From Longimicrobiales bacterium (GTDB lineage: Bacteria > Gemmatimonadota > Gemmatimonadetes > Longimicrobiales > RSA9), in assembly GCA_050732695.1 (NCBI GenBank), contig JBOHRL010000053.1, forward strand, positions 42,495 through 106,494: a stretch of DNA of 64,000 nt, read 5' to 3'. This document shows positions 54,696 to 63,376 of the stretch, one piece after another. The translations under genes and the position numbers were made by a program. The notes under the pieces are model-generated. The model was not told where the DNA came from. It saw only the letters and a program-made list of their open reading frames with translations, and searched no databases. Within the stretch, counting starts at the first letter, position 1; each line of letters begins with the position of its first letter.

Positions 54696-57600
54696 TCAGG
54701 CCGGACCCGGCTGGCCGAGCGGCTCGCTGCCTTCGCCGGGCGGCTCTGGAAGCCAATCACGCTCGCGCATGATCTCCCACGCTCGCCGGAGCACGCGCTT
54801 CCGGAACGCGGCAGCTTCCGCGTCCGGGGCCGGCTCGCCGGTCAGGTCGGCCGCGGGGTTGACTTCGAGGCGAGCGAGCTGCTCGAAGGCCCGGGCCATG
54901 GTGTCATCGGGGTCGCGGAAGAATCGCGTGCCGCGGATGCGGACGAAGCGCCAGCCAACTCGTTCGAGGACGGCCTGACGAGCCATGTCGGCCGGGATCT
55001 GCTCGAAGCCGTGGTAGCGATCGCCATCGCACTCGATGGCGACGCGGTTGGTGCCCCGGCCGACAACGATGTCGATGCGGTGGTTGCCAACCCACACCTG
55101 AGGTTCGACCGGATAACCTGCTAATATGAGATGGCGGCTGACGGCGGCTTCGAACGGCGATTCCGCGCGCGCGACGGCGCGCTGGAGCTGTCGTCTTTTA
55201 GCGCCGGGGTCGCGGACGTGCTCGATGAGAAGCCGGCGCAGATCGAGTTCCTGGAGGTCGCGGCCGGGGTCGAGCGAATGTATGAGCCAGAGCTGATCTC
55301 TGGCGCGGCTGGCGGCGACGTTGTAGCGCTGCTTGAAGAGATCTGTCTGTCTCATGGAGAGTGGGTGGTCCGCGGGCGAATCGACCATCGAGAGGAACAT
55401 CACGTGGCGCTCATCGCCCTGGAACTGGGCGGGATTGCCGGCTATGAACCGGCGGCTTTCCAGCTCGACGGCCCCGACGAGGCTGATGGTGGTGTCCTGA
55501 ATACGCTGTGCCTGTTCGTCGCCGAGGAGTGCGATGGCGCCGAGCGTTTTTCCGTCGTATTCGGTCATTTCCGTAACCGCCTTGACGAGTGCGGCGACGA
55601 CGCGGGCCTCGGCGATGTTTTCCTTGCCATTGCGGCCGGGGCCGAGTTCGGGGTTGACCATCAACTCGACGACATGCGGGAGTCGTGCTGAGCCCGGATC
55701 GCGGAGCGGCCGGATTTCACCATGGTATGAAAGGTGATTCGAGAAGTCGATGATATCGGGCACGCAGCGGAAATGCTCGCGCAGTGCAATGGCGCCGCCG
55801 AAGCACTGTCGCGCCAGGTCGTAAATGGACATGCGGCCGTCATACAAGTGGTTGTTGGGGATGCCGGCCAGGTACTGAGCGATGAGTGCCTGCATGGCGG
55901 CCATCTGTTGGCCAACCGCGAGCGGACTGACCTGTTCATGGTCGCCAACGACGGCGATCCTGTCACCGAGATACCATGCCAGCAAACCGAGGACGTCGGA
56001 CTGGCTGGCTTCATCGACGATCACGACATCGAAGCGGCCGCGTGTTGCATCGAAACTTTCGGCGACGCGCGAGAGCGGCATGATCCACACAGGCACGGCA
56101 TCGCGCGCCTGTGACAGGAGTTCGCGCGCCCTTGCCTGGAGTTGTGGTACGCGCAGGCCCGTTCCGCGGCCAATCCTTCTCTGCGTATCGGCCCATCCCT
56201 GAAGCGCCTGGCGGGCGGCGAGGCCGGTACGGCGCATCTGTTCGAGCCAGGCAAGGTGCTCGATCAGCTGAGCGGTGACGATGCGGAGTTCCTCTCGTCG
56301 CATGTACAGCTGCCGGCTCAACTCGACTTCATCGAGGGCGGCGCGACGCTCGATTTCCTGGCGCAACTGACGCCAACGCCAGGCAGTCGGTGCATCACCC
56401 GGCAGCGTGCCAGCATGATGAGGATCTTCACGGCGCCGGATTGCGTCCGCCCAACCGGGTGCGGATTGCGCCATGCGCTCGAGCAGTTCAGCCCGGCGCT
56501 TCCAGACTGGCTGTTTTGCGGTGAGACGATGGAGCGCCGTGAGCGCGGCATCGTAGTCAGCGGCATCACAGGCACGTGCGGCGGCACGCAACGTCGTGCA
56601 CACTGGCCCTGCGAAGCTCGAAAGCGTGCGATCGAGCTCGGCCAGGCGCTGCTTCGCCTGTTCCCGGTGCGCGATCGCGAGACGAACGCTGGCCGTGGCT
56701 TGCAGCGGACCCGCGATGATGGCGGCGTCCCTGTCGAAGGGGGCGACCGGAGCGGATCGCGCGACTTCGCGTTTCCGGAATTCGTTCCATCTGAAGCCGG
56801 CTTCGACCGCTGCGCTTTCGATGTCCGCCCAGCGCGTTCGCCACCAGTCCAGCAGAGGCTCGAACTGTGCCGCGTATTCCGCAATGACCGGCTCGGGCGT
56901 CGGGCCCGCATCGGCGAACGGCGGCAAGCCGACGGGTTCTGCCTGCCGGAGCCAGCGCACGGCCAGCTTGCGGCGGCCTTCCGTGATCGTGATGAGCGTG
57001 CCAACAGCGCGAAACTCGGTCAGCGACGAGGGCGGGGCGCCGTTTACACGTAGCGTCGGAATCGCATTCTTCCATCTCCTGCGGATGAACAGGGTCCATG
57101 CGCCCAATGTGCCGCCCGCCTCGAGGTGCTCGATGATCTCCCGGACACAGCCGAGCAATTCATCAACGTCATGGTTCTCCGGTAACTCGACCTCGTAATC
57201 CAACAGCAACGCTCTTGCTTTCTCCCAGCGGTCGAGCGCATCGCCGACCATCCTGTCGAGTTGGAGCCAGAGATCACGGTCAGCGCCGTTCGCGTGGCCA
57301 GCCGCAATCATCGCGAGTTGCCAGCGCTGGAAACCGGCGAGATCGGTGGACATGAGGTTGATGAGATCGGCGAAGCGCGTGAGGCACGGCAGCATGCTCG
57401 CATGCGCGTGTCGATCCCAGAAGGCGGCGAGTTCGGGAGGCTCTACGGCATCCAGCGAATGCACGATGCCGTCGAATGCATCCTGTTCAGGAAAGAGGTC
57501 AGAGTCCGGCAGCCGACTCGCGATCTCGGACTCCTCCCCGGGCGTGAGCCGGGTGTTCGACTGGTAGAGCTGGTCCAGTTCCTGTGGCGAGAGCGGGAGT

Positions 57601-59282
57601 GGTGCACCGGGTTCAACATGGTGCGGGATCCAATCGTTGCCGTTGGCGTGGTCGCGAACCCAGCGAGCTGCATCGGAAGGCGACGTCGACTGGCCGGCAA
57701 CCACGATCGGCACGTACTCGGCCTGCCTCGCCGTCTGCATTTCCGAGGTCAGGCGGCCGATCTCTGCATTGAGCCGCGAGCGCGTTTCCGCCAGGCCACT
57801 GACCTCTCGTTCAAGACCTTCCTCCGTCGAACCGGTGAGCCGGGACAGGATCGTACGAACTGATTCCTCCATCAGCGTGCGCCCGGCGAGATCGTTTTCG
57901 AGCACGGCGACGCAAAGCGGGCGGAGAGGTTCGACCACATGGTCACGCAGTACACGCAGCGCCTTCGTCGTATGGCTCGTGACGAGGACGCGTTTGCCAT
58001 GAGCCACGAGGTGGCCGATGAGATTCGCGATCGTGTGACTCTTGCCGGTGCCGGGCGGGCCCTGCACCAGCACAGCACCGTGACGATCGAGCGCGCGTGC
58101 AATGTGGATCTGCTCCGCGTTGGCAGGCTTGCTCAGCAGCAGGTCCGGCGGCTCACTCCATGGCGATGTCGCCTCGACAGGAAAGTCCTCCGGTGGCGGT
58201 GGTTCGATCCCCGTCAGCCGGGTGATCGAGATCGGTAATTGCTCCCTGGTTTCGAGATCCTCGAGTACACGATCGAAGGCCGCGGCGAATCCGGACGAGC
58301 GTGTGCGCATGAAGAGAACCGGATCACGCGCCACAACCGGATCCGGTCCGGGCGGAGTATCATCCGGCCTGTCGAGGAAATTGCCACGAGGCCCGAGAAG
58401 CTGGACCAGCCGGCGCAGATAACCCGCCGTGCCAGCGAGCGCCAGAGGATGATAACCTCCCGCTTCGAGTTCGTGGCGCAGGCGGTTCAGCTGTTCGGCG
58501 CTCATGGTTCCGCCGCTCTGGAGCAGGCCGGCGTACAGCTCCGGCGGCCGGTCCGCATCAGTGACGCGAAACTCCGGCACGTCTGCATCGAAGATCAGAT
58601 CGACACGTTGCAGGAGAACGGGGTGATCCATGGCACCCTCGTTGGTTCTCCAGCGCAACCGGCCGTCGGCGATCATCAGCTCGACGCGTTCACTGTCGAG
58701 TTCCATCCGACCGTGCAACTCATAGAAACGTTCGAACGTGCGCATGGCACGGCGAGCCGGCTTCTCGGCTTCGGCCCAGACGCCCCGGGCCGTCGTCCAT
58801 TGCTCGAGGGCGGCTACGCGTGCCGGATCGTTATCGAACCGTTCAATGATCGTTTCGAAGCCACGCCGAAGGTTCACGGCCTCGAGCAGCTCGACGGACT
58901 GCTCGGGGTCCTCCCATCCAGGCCTGAGATAATCGCTGATGCTGCGCGGTGGGCGAGGTGCGGACGTCAGTGTCGGGCGCCGGATACGGATCAGGAACGA
59001 TCGGTCCGGTTGCTCGCCGGCGACAGGCTCCTCCGCTTGTTCTTCGGTACCCGCGATCCGGACCTCGGTGATCTGGATGCTTCCGTGTTCTGGCAGATCC
59101 CGGAGTGGCAGAAACCAGAGCTGTTCCGCAAGGCTCCGGTGCATCGGCTGGCTGCGCTCGGCGAACGCCTTCAGGAATCGGAAAATCTGGCGGGCTCGCC
59201 CGGGGGCGCTGTCAGGCTGATGTTCGAATGCGCTCGGCATGGCACGGGATCTCTGGCTGCACCGCGATGTCAGGTCGAACAC
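54696..59282 (-). CDS. Upf1/Dna2-like SF1 helicase (AAA_11/AAA_12 type) fused to C-terminal DUF559/Vsr-like PD-(D/E)xK endonuclease
   Basis: Helicase motifs are present: VLVQGPPGTGKSHT (Walker A, aa 408-415), VVIVDEASQ, VGDHEQVSP, LREHFRCVP, FQGDERHVMFLSMV and YNVAASRARDQLWLIHS. The C-terminal region (nt about 54918-55163) reads ESPFEAAVSRHLILAGYPVEPQVWVGNHRIDIVVG..VAIECDGDRYHG...ERVGWRFVRIR. The N-terminal 390 aa or so are unassigned. The start is GTG 59282 or ATG 59240. Confidence 0.9.
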   Translation of the reverse strand: MFDLTSRCSQRSRAMPSAFEHQPDSAPGRARQIFRFLKAFAERSQPMHRSLAEQLWFLPLRDLPEHGSIQITEVRIAGTEEQAEEPVAGEQPDRSFLIRIRRPTLTSAPRPPRSISDYLRPGWEDPEQSVELLEAVNLRRGFETIIERFDNDPARVAALEQWTTARGVWAEAEKPARRAMRTFERFYELHGRMELDSERVELMIADGRLRWRTNEGAMDHPVLLQRVDLIFDADVPEFRVTDADRPPELYAGLLQSGGTMSAEQLNRLRHELEAGGYHPLALAGTAGYLRRLVQLLGPRGNFLDRPDDTPPGPDPVVARDPVLFMRTRSSGFAAAFDRVLEDLETREQLPISITRLTGIEPPPPEDFPVEATSPWSEPPDLLLSKPANAEQIHIARALDRHGAVLVQGPPGTGKSHTIANLIGHLVAHGKRVLVTSHTTKALRVLRDHVVEPLRPLCVAVLENDLAGRTLMEESVRTILSRLTGSTEEGLEREVSGLAETRSRLNAEIGRLTSEMQTARQAEYVPIVVAGQSTSPSDAARWVRDHANGNDWIPHHVEPGAPLPLSPQELDQLYQSNTRLTPGEESEIASRLPDSDLFPEQDAFDGIVHSLDAVEPPELAAFWDRHAHASMLPCLTRFADLINLMSTDLAGFQRWQLAMIAAGHANGADRDLWLQLDRMVGDALDRWEKARALLLDYEVELPENHDVDELLGCVREIIEHLEAGGTLGAWTLFIRRRWKNAIPTLRVNGAPPSSLTEFRAVGTLITITEGRRKLAVRWLRQAEPVGLPPFADAGPTPEPVIAEYAAQFEPLLDWWRTRWADIESAAVEAGFRWNEFRKREVARSAPVAPFDRDAAIIAGPLQATASVRLAIAHREQAKQRLAELDRTLSSFAGPVCTTLRAAARACDAADYDAALTALHRLTAKQPVWKRRAELLERMAQSAPGWADAIRRREDPHHAGTLPGDAPTAWRWRQLRQEIERRAALDEVELSRQLYMRREELRIVTAQLIEHLAWLEQMRRTGLAARQALQGWADTQRRIGRGTGLRVPQLQARARELLSQARDAVPVWIMPLSRVAESFDATRGRFDVVIVDEASQSDVLGLLAWYLGDRIAVVGDHEQVSPLAVGQQMAAMQALIAQYLAGIPNNHLYDGRMSIYDLARQCFGGAIALREHFRCVPDIIDFSNHLSYHGEIRPLRDPGSARLPHVVELMVNPELGPGRNGKENIAEARVVAALVKAVTEMTEYDGKTLGAIALLGDEQAQRIQDTTISLVGAVELESRRFIAGNPAQFQGDERHVMFLSMVDSPADHPLSMRQTDLFKQRYNVAASRARDQLWLIHSLDPGRDLQELDLRRLLIEHVRDPGAKRRQLQRAVARAESPFEAAVSRHLILAGYPVEPQVWVGNHRIDIVVGRGTNRVAIECDGDRYHGFEQIPADMARQAVLERVGWRFVRIRGTRFFRDPDDTMARAFEQLARLEVNPAADLTGEPAPDAEAAAFRKRVLRRAWEIMRERDWLPEPPGEGSEPLGQPGPA

Positions 59283-59305
59283 ATGTTCTACATGTGCTCG
59301 TCAGC

Positions 59306-59345
59306 GCTGCGAGGTGAATTGCACGATCAACGGGCACCTCGCAGC
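59306..59345 (-). terminator. 11-bp stem hairpin between the ACT-domain gene and the helicase gene
   Basis: gctgcgaggtg (59306-59316) pairs with cacctcgcagc (59335-59345) across an 18-nt loop. It lies 37 nt downstream of the ACT gene stop on the minus strand. Confidence 0.4.
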
Positions 59346-59381
59346 GGTGGCGACAGGGCATGGCCTGGCTGAGGCCCGCAG

Positions 59382-59798
59382 TCAGCGGGCGCTCAGCGCC
59401 CGGCTTGCACGGGTGAAGTCCTGCGGTCTGACCCAGAGGATCATGCCAAAGCGCCCGCGGCCCGCAGCAATCGCGCTGCTGGCGATGGCGTTCACGCCGG
59501 CGTCCGCGAGCTTCTTGAACTGACGCTGCACGGCGCCGGCGCGATCCTCGCCCTCGATGATGAATGCCCTTTTCGGGCTCGACAGCTTCCAGGCGTTCGT
59601 CTTCGCCGCGCGGCGGAGTGCCGTCCCGTCCTCGGCCACGAGATCGACCTGTGTCTTGCCACCGCCTGCGGGAAAAGCGTGAAACGCCGTGAGATTGACG
59701 CCTCCGTCGCGCAGGGCTTCCAATAGACGCGCGCCCTGCCCGGCGCGATTCGGTACCATCACCTTCACGTAGCTCACCTTCTTCACGCGATCAGCCAT
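59382..59798 (-). CDS. Tandem ACT-like domain protein
   Basis: ORF 59382..59921 trimmed to MADRVKKVSYVKVMVPNRAGQGARLLEALRDGGVNLTAF (ATG 59798-59796, SD ggagg upstream). The second half reads FIIEGEDRAGAVQRQFKKLADAGVNAIASSAI. Confidence 0.65.
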   Translation of the reverse strand: MADRVKKVSYVKVMVPNRAGQGARLLEALRDGGVNLTAFHAFPAGGGKTQVDLVAEDGTALRRAAKTNAWKLSSPKRAFIIEGEDRAGAVQRQFKKLADAGVNAIASSAIAAGRGRFGMILWVRPQDFTRASRALSAR

Positions 59799-59907
59799 AC
59801 CAACCTCCATGTTGGCGAAGCGATACGGACCAACGTGCCCCGGCATTGGCATCGCCGCAAGCGCTCCTCGCCTTGCCGACCAGAGACTGTGGTGAACGAG
59901 CCAGCGG

Positions 59908-59937
59908 GTGAGGACAGGCACCGGCCGCTGTCCTCAC
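59908..59937 (-). terminator. 10-bp stem hairpin downstream of the sigma-54 activator gene
   Basis: gtgaggacag (59908-59917) pairs with ctgtcctcac (59928-59937) across a 10-nt loop. It lies 70 nt after the minus-strand stop at 60008-60010. Confidence 0.35.
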
Positions 59938-60007
59938 GCTAGCTGCCCGACCCCACTCGCCGCCGACCCCGACTCAGCCACGTTCCATGATCCGGGACGG
60001 TCAGCGC

Positions 60008-61354
60008 TCAGAGCCCGTGCCTGCGCCGTTTCTTCCAGAGCGTCTTGCGGGAGATCCCGAGGCGTCGAGCGATCTCGTTCAACTCGACGCCCGGATTGGT
60101 TTCGATCATCAGGGCGATGTAGCGTCGTTCGACTTCGTCGAGCGTGAGATCGAGGGGAACGGCCGTTCCGGGCGAGCCGGGCGCCAGGTCGACGGGTGGT
60201 GCATTGAACTCGAGCGCGCCGTCATCGTGGAAGATCAGTGCGCGCTCGATGGTGTTGCGCAGTTCGCGTCCGTTGCCCGGCCATGGATGCATACCGAGAC
60301 GGGCGAGGGTTTCGTCCCCGATCGGCGGCGGGTCGCGACGCATCGAGGCGCACAGCTCCGCCGTGAAATGCCGTGCAAGTTCGGGAATGATCGACGGCAT
60401 CGCGCGGAGTGCAGGCATCTCGACAGACGTGACGTCGAGGCGGTAGAGCAGATCCATTCTGAACTCGCGGGCGCGTATCCGTGCCTTCAGATCATCATTG
60501 GTCGCAGCGATAACGCGCGCCTCCGCGCGAATCGGCGCCGTGCCGCCCACCCGCCGGAACGTCTGCCGTTCGATGAACAGCAGCAGCTTCGCCTGAAGCT
60601 CGAGCGGCAGCGCTCCAATCTCGTCCAGCAACAACGTACCGCGGTGCGCCGTCTCGAGCAGCCCGCGCTTCGTCTGTCGTGCGTCCGTAAACGCACCCTT
60701 CTCGTGACCGAACAGTTCGGACTCGAGCAGATGCGCAGGCAACGCCGCGCAGTTGACTTCAACGAATTCGCCCGTTGCATTGGATAATTCGTGAATCGCA
60801 CGCGCGAGCAGGCTCTTTCCTGTGCCGCTCTCACCCGTGATCAGAACCCGAGCGTTCGGTACCGTTGCGACACGTGCCGCGAAACGCCGTACCTGTTCGA
60901 GCCGCGGATGATCGCCGACCACGAGACCGTCGCCACGTCTTCTTGCCGATCTGTGCACCGCTCGATCGCCGGTCCGGCCATCGCCGACGAACGCGCGCGC
61001 GATGCGGGCGAGGATCGCATCGGCGCTGACCGGCCGGTCGAGAACATCCGTTGCGCCTTCCCGGAACAGCGGCACCGCCTGGTCCCTTGTTGACTCGTCC
61101 ACGAGCGCGAGGACGCACAACGAACGATCCGTTTCGCGAAGCCTGCGAACCAGCTCGACCGCTGCACGGCCCGGCTCAACAACGCCGATGACGACCGCGT
61201 CGCCCGGATCTTCCTCGACGTACGCGAGCGCATGCGGGACCGTCTCGACCATGCGCACGCGGGCGCCCCGCCGCTCGAGGTCGACGCGGAGCAGGTGCGC
61301 CTCGGGGCGATTGGTCTCGACGACAAGAACGTTGGTGGCCGCACGCAGCGTCAC
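60008..61354 (-). CDS. Sigma-54-dependent transcriptional activator (bEBP) with degenerate receiver domain
   Basis: ORF 60008..61459 trimmed to GTG 61354 (SD ggagga at 61361-61366, 6-nt spacing). AAA+ blocks are present: VLITGESGTGKSLLARAIH, EKGAFTDA, LLLDEIGAL and RVIAATN. The C-terminal Fis-type HTH is EIARRLGISRKTLWKKRRRHGL. Confidence 0.9.
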   Translation of the reverse strand: MTLRAATNVLVVETNRPEAHLLRVDLERRGARVRMVETVPHALAYVEEDPGDAVVIGVVEPGRAAVELVRRLRETDRSLCVLALVDESTRDQAVPLFREGATDVLDRPVSADAILARIARAFVGDGRTGDRAVHRSARRRGDGLVVGDHPRLEQVRRFAARVATVPNARVLITGESGTGKSLLARAIHELSNATGEFVEVNCAALPAHLLESELFGHEKGAFTDARQTKRGLLETAHRGTLLLDEIGALPLELQAKLLLFIERQTFRRVGGTAPIRAEARVIAATNDDLKARIRAREFRMDLLYRLDVTSVEMPALRAMPSIIPELARHFTAELCASMRRDPPPIGDETLARLGMHPWPGNGRELRNTIERALIFHDDGALEFNAPPVDLAPGSPGTAVPLDLTLDEVERRYIALMIETNPGVELNEIARRLGISRKTLWKKRRRHGL

Positions 61355-61552
61355 GCGCTTTCCTCCCTGAATCGACTGGATCCCGCCTTCCGCAGGACGA
61401 CCCGGGCTGGGGCAAATCCGGGGCCTTCCGGGGTCTGCTCCGGCCGCCGGTGTTCCCATTCGGGGACACGTGTCTCCAAACAGGCACCTGTCACGGGCCG
61501 GTCGTCATCGCATAACTCATGATTCAGGAACAGCTTGGCATCAGGGGATGGA

Positions 61553-61568
61553 AGGCACGTCTCCTGCC
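61553..61568 (+). promoter_or_regulatory. Candidate sigma-54 (-24/-12) promoter for the divergent lipoprotein gene
   Basis: aGGCACGtctcCTGCc has GG at 61554-61555 and GC at 61566-61567, which is the exact GG-N10-GC spacing. There are 3 mismatches to TGGCACG-N4-TTGCW. It lies about 185 nt upstream of ATG 61750. Confidence 0.35.
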
Positions 61569-61749
61569 CTCATGCTCTGACCGGCACGGGTCGGCGTCTC
61601 ACCGACAGAGTGGCACGACGATCCGGAATGCCGACGTTTTTCCGATCCTGGCGCACCGGCCACCCGGTTCCCAGGCGCCCTCCGCAGGGACGCGGCACGG
61701 CGAATCACCGAGCCCGCCGGCCAGGGCCGGCACCCTTGAGGAGGACGCG

Positions 61750-63312
61750 ATGATGAATCGACCTCTCGTCAGACTACTCGCCGCGGTCGTCGTTCTGGCC
61801 GGTTGCAGCGAAGAAAGCGGCCTGCTGGTTGCACCGGATGCGGAGACGATCGATGTCCGGCAGCGGATCGATCTGCGCCAACGCATAACGCCCGCGTACG
61901 AGGATTCGATGCAGGCGACCGATCATGCGCTCGATGTGAGCCTCGCCTCAGCGGGCTCGATTGTCGTCGCGGCCGGATCCATGGATTACTCGTTTACGCT
62001 GCGGTTCCGGCGTTTCACAGGCGCCGCCTGTACCGGTGGCCCGGACCTGTTCACGAACGTTTTTGGCGTGAGCGACATGGGTGTCGCGATCGACTTCGGC
62101 ACGCGACTGTCCGTGCAGCTCGAAGCGGCGACAGCCGCCAATGACGGCACTCCGTTCAATCGCTGGCAGGGGCCGGCCAGTTTCGTTTCAACGAATCGCA
62201 CGATCTGTGTGGATGTGCCTGCCGGCATGGATACGTACCTCGCGATGTATGAAGTACCGAGCAATCTGCCGCCGGTGCTCGATCCGATCCAGCCCCAGAC
62301 TGTGGATGAGGGCACTGCGCTGATGTTCACGGCAAACGCATCGGATCCGGATCTGCCGGCGGACGTGTTGACGTTCAGCCTGAGCGGCGCACCTGCGGGA
62401 GCAGGCATCGATCCCAACAGCGGCGAGTTCTCGTGGACACCCATCGATGATGACGGCAGCCCGTTCACGTTTGCAGTGATCGTCACTGATGCGGCCGGGG
62501 CATCCGCACAGCAGAACGTGACGATCGTCGTAAACAACGTCGCACCACAGTTGCAGTCGTTGCTTGGCCTGCCCATCGACCCCGTTCAGCTGGGCGCGAT
62601 CGATTTCAATGGCGGCTTCGCGGATCCGGGTACCGGCGATGTCCACACACTGGTCATCAACTGCGATTTCAACGGCTCAGCGCTCCCGGGAACGGGCTCG
62701 ATCGATCCGGCCGCCGGCTCGTATGCGGGATCCTGCACCTTCGCATCGCCCGGCATCTACCAGGTGCGCGTCGAGATCGCCGATGACAACGGCGGCGCAG
62801 GCGACCTCGTCTCGGACTTCGTCGTCGTGTACGATCCGTCAGGTGGATTCGTGACCGGCGGCGGCTGGTATGACTCGCAACCGGGGGCGTACCGGCCCGA
62901 TCCGGCTCTCACGGGCAAGGCGCATTTCGGTTTCGTCTCGAAGTACAAGAAAGACGCCGCCACACCGAGCGGTAACACCGAGTTCACGTTCCAGGCCGCC
63001 GGCATTCAGTTTCGCGGGACGGACTACGACTGGCTCGTTGTGGCCAGTGACCGCGCGAGGTTCCGCGGGCGAGGCGAGATCAACGGCAACACCGGCTACG
63101 CATTCGAGATCGACGCGACCGACGGCAATCTCAAGAGCAGAGACGGCCTCGACCGGATTCGCGTTCGCATCTGGGACGATGCCAGTGGAGATATCGTGTA
63201 TGACAATGGTGCCGGCAATCAGAACTCGCCCGATCCAATGACCGCCCTCATCGAGGGCAGCATCGTGATCCACGATGGCAAGGTCACGACACAGAGCCAG
63301 CGGCGAATGTAG
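61750..63312 (+). CDS. Lipoprotein with cadherin/Ig-like domain and the shared C-terminal module
   Basis: ORF 61519..63312 trimmed to MMNRPLVRLLAAVVVLAGC (ATG 61750, SD gaggagga). IQPQTVDEGTALMFTANASDPDLPADVLTFSLSGAPAGAGIDPNSGEFSWTP is a cadherin-like repeat. The C-terminus is DPSGGFVTGGGWYDS...GKAHFGFVSKYKK...IRVRIWD...GSIVIHDGK. Confidence 0.75.
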   Translation: MMNRPLVRLLAAVVVLAGCSEESGLLVAPDAETIDVRQRIDLRQRITPAYEDSMQATDHALDVSLASAGSIVVAAGSMDYSFTLRFRRFTGAACTGGPDLFTNVFGVSDMGVAIDFGTRLSVQLEAATAANDGTPFNRWQGPASFVSTNRTICVDVPAGMDTYLAMYEVPSNLPPVLDPIQPQTVDEGTALMFTANASDPDLPADVLTFSLSGAPAGAGIDPNSGEFSWTPIDDDGSPFTFAVIVTDAAGASAQQNVTIVVNNVAPQLQSLLGLPIDPVQLGAIDFNGGFADPGTGDVHTLVINCDFNGSALPGTGSIDPAAGSYAGSCTFASPGIYQVRVEIADDNGGAGDLVSDFVVVYDPSGGFVTGGGWYDSQPGAYRPDPALTGKAHFGFVSKYKKDAATPSGNTEFTFQAAGIQFRGTDYDWLVVASDRARFRGRGEINGNTGYAFEIDATDGNLKSRDGLDRIRVRIWDDASGDIVYDNGAGNQNSPDPMTALIEGSIVIHDGKVTTQSQRRM

Positions 63313-63376
63313 GGATTCCATCGTGCGGCCCGTCCGGTTGATGCCGGGCGGGCCGCCGTTCGAACCTGGAGGAGCG

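Noticed and set aside
59281-59295. The palindrome ACATGT-TCT-ACATGT next to the helicase GTG start. ACATGT also occurs in the Smr/RHH spacer (about 53006-53011).
   Set aside because: The hexamer also occurs at unrelated places (for example near 7149 and 35034). The shared motif is therefore explicable by chance, and I claim no operator.
61611-61617. A perfect sigma-54 -24 element, TGGCACG.
   Set aside because: No GC/TTGC element lies at the obligatory spacing; positions +12/+13 read CG. The weaker but correctly spaced site at 61553-61568 is reported instead.
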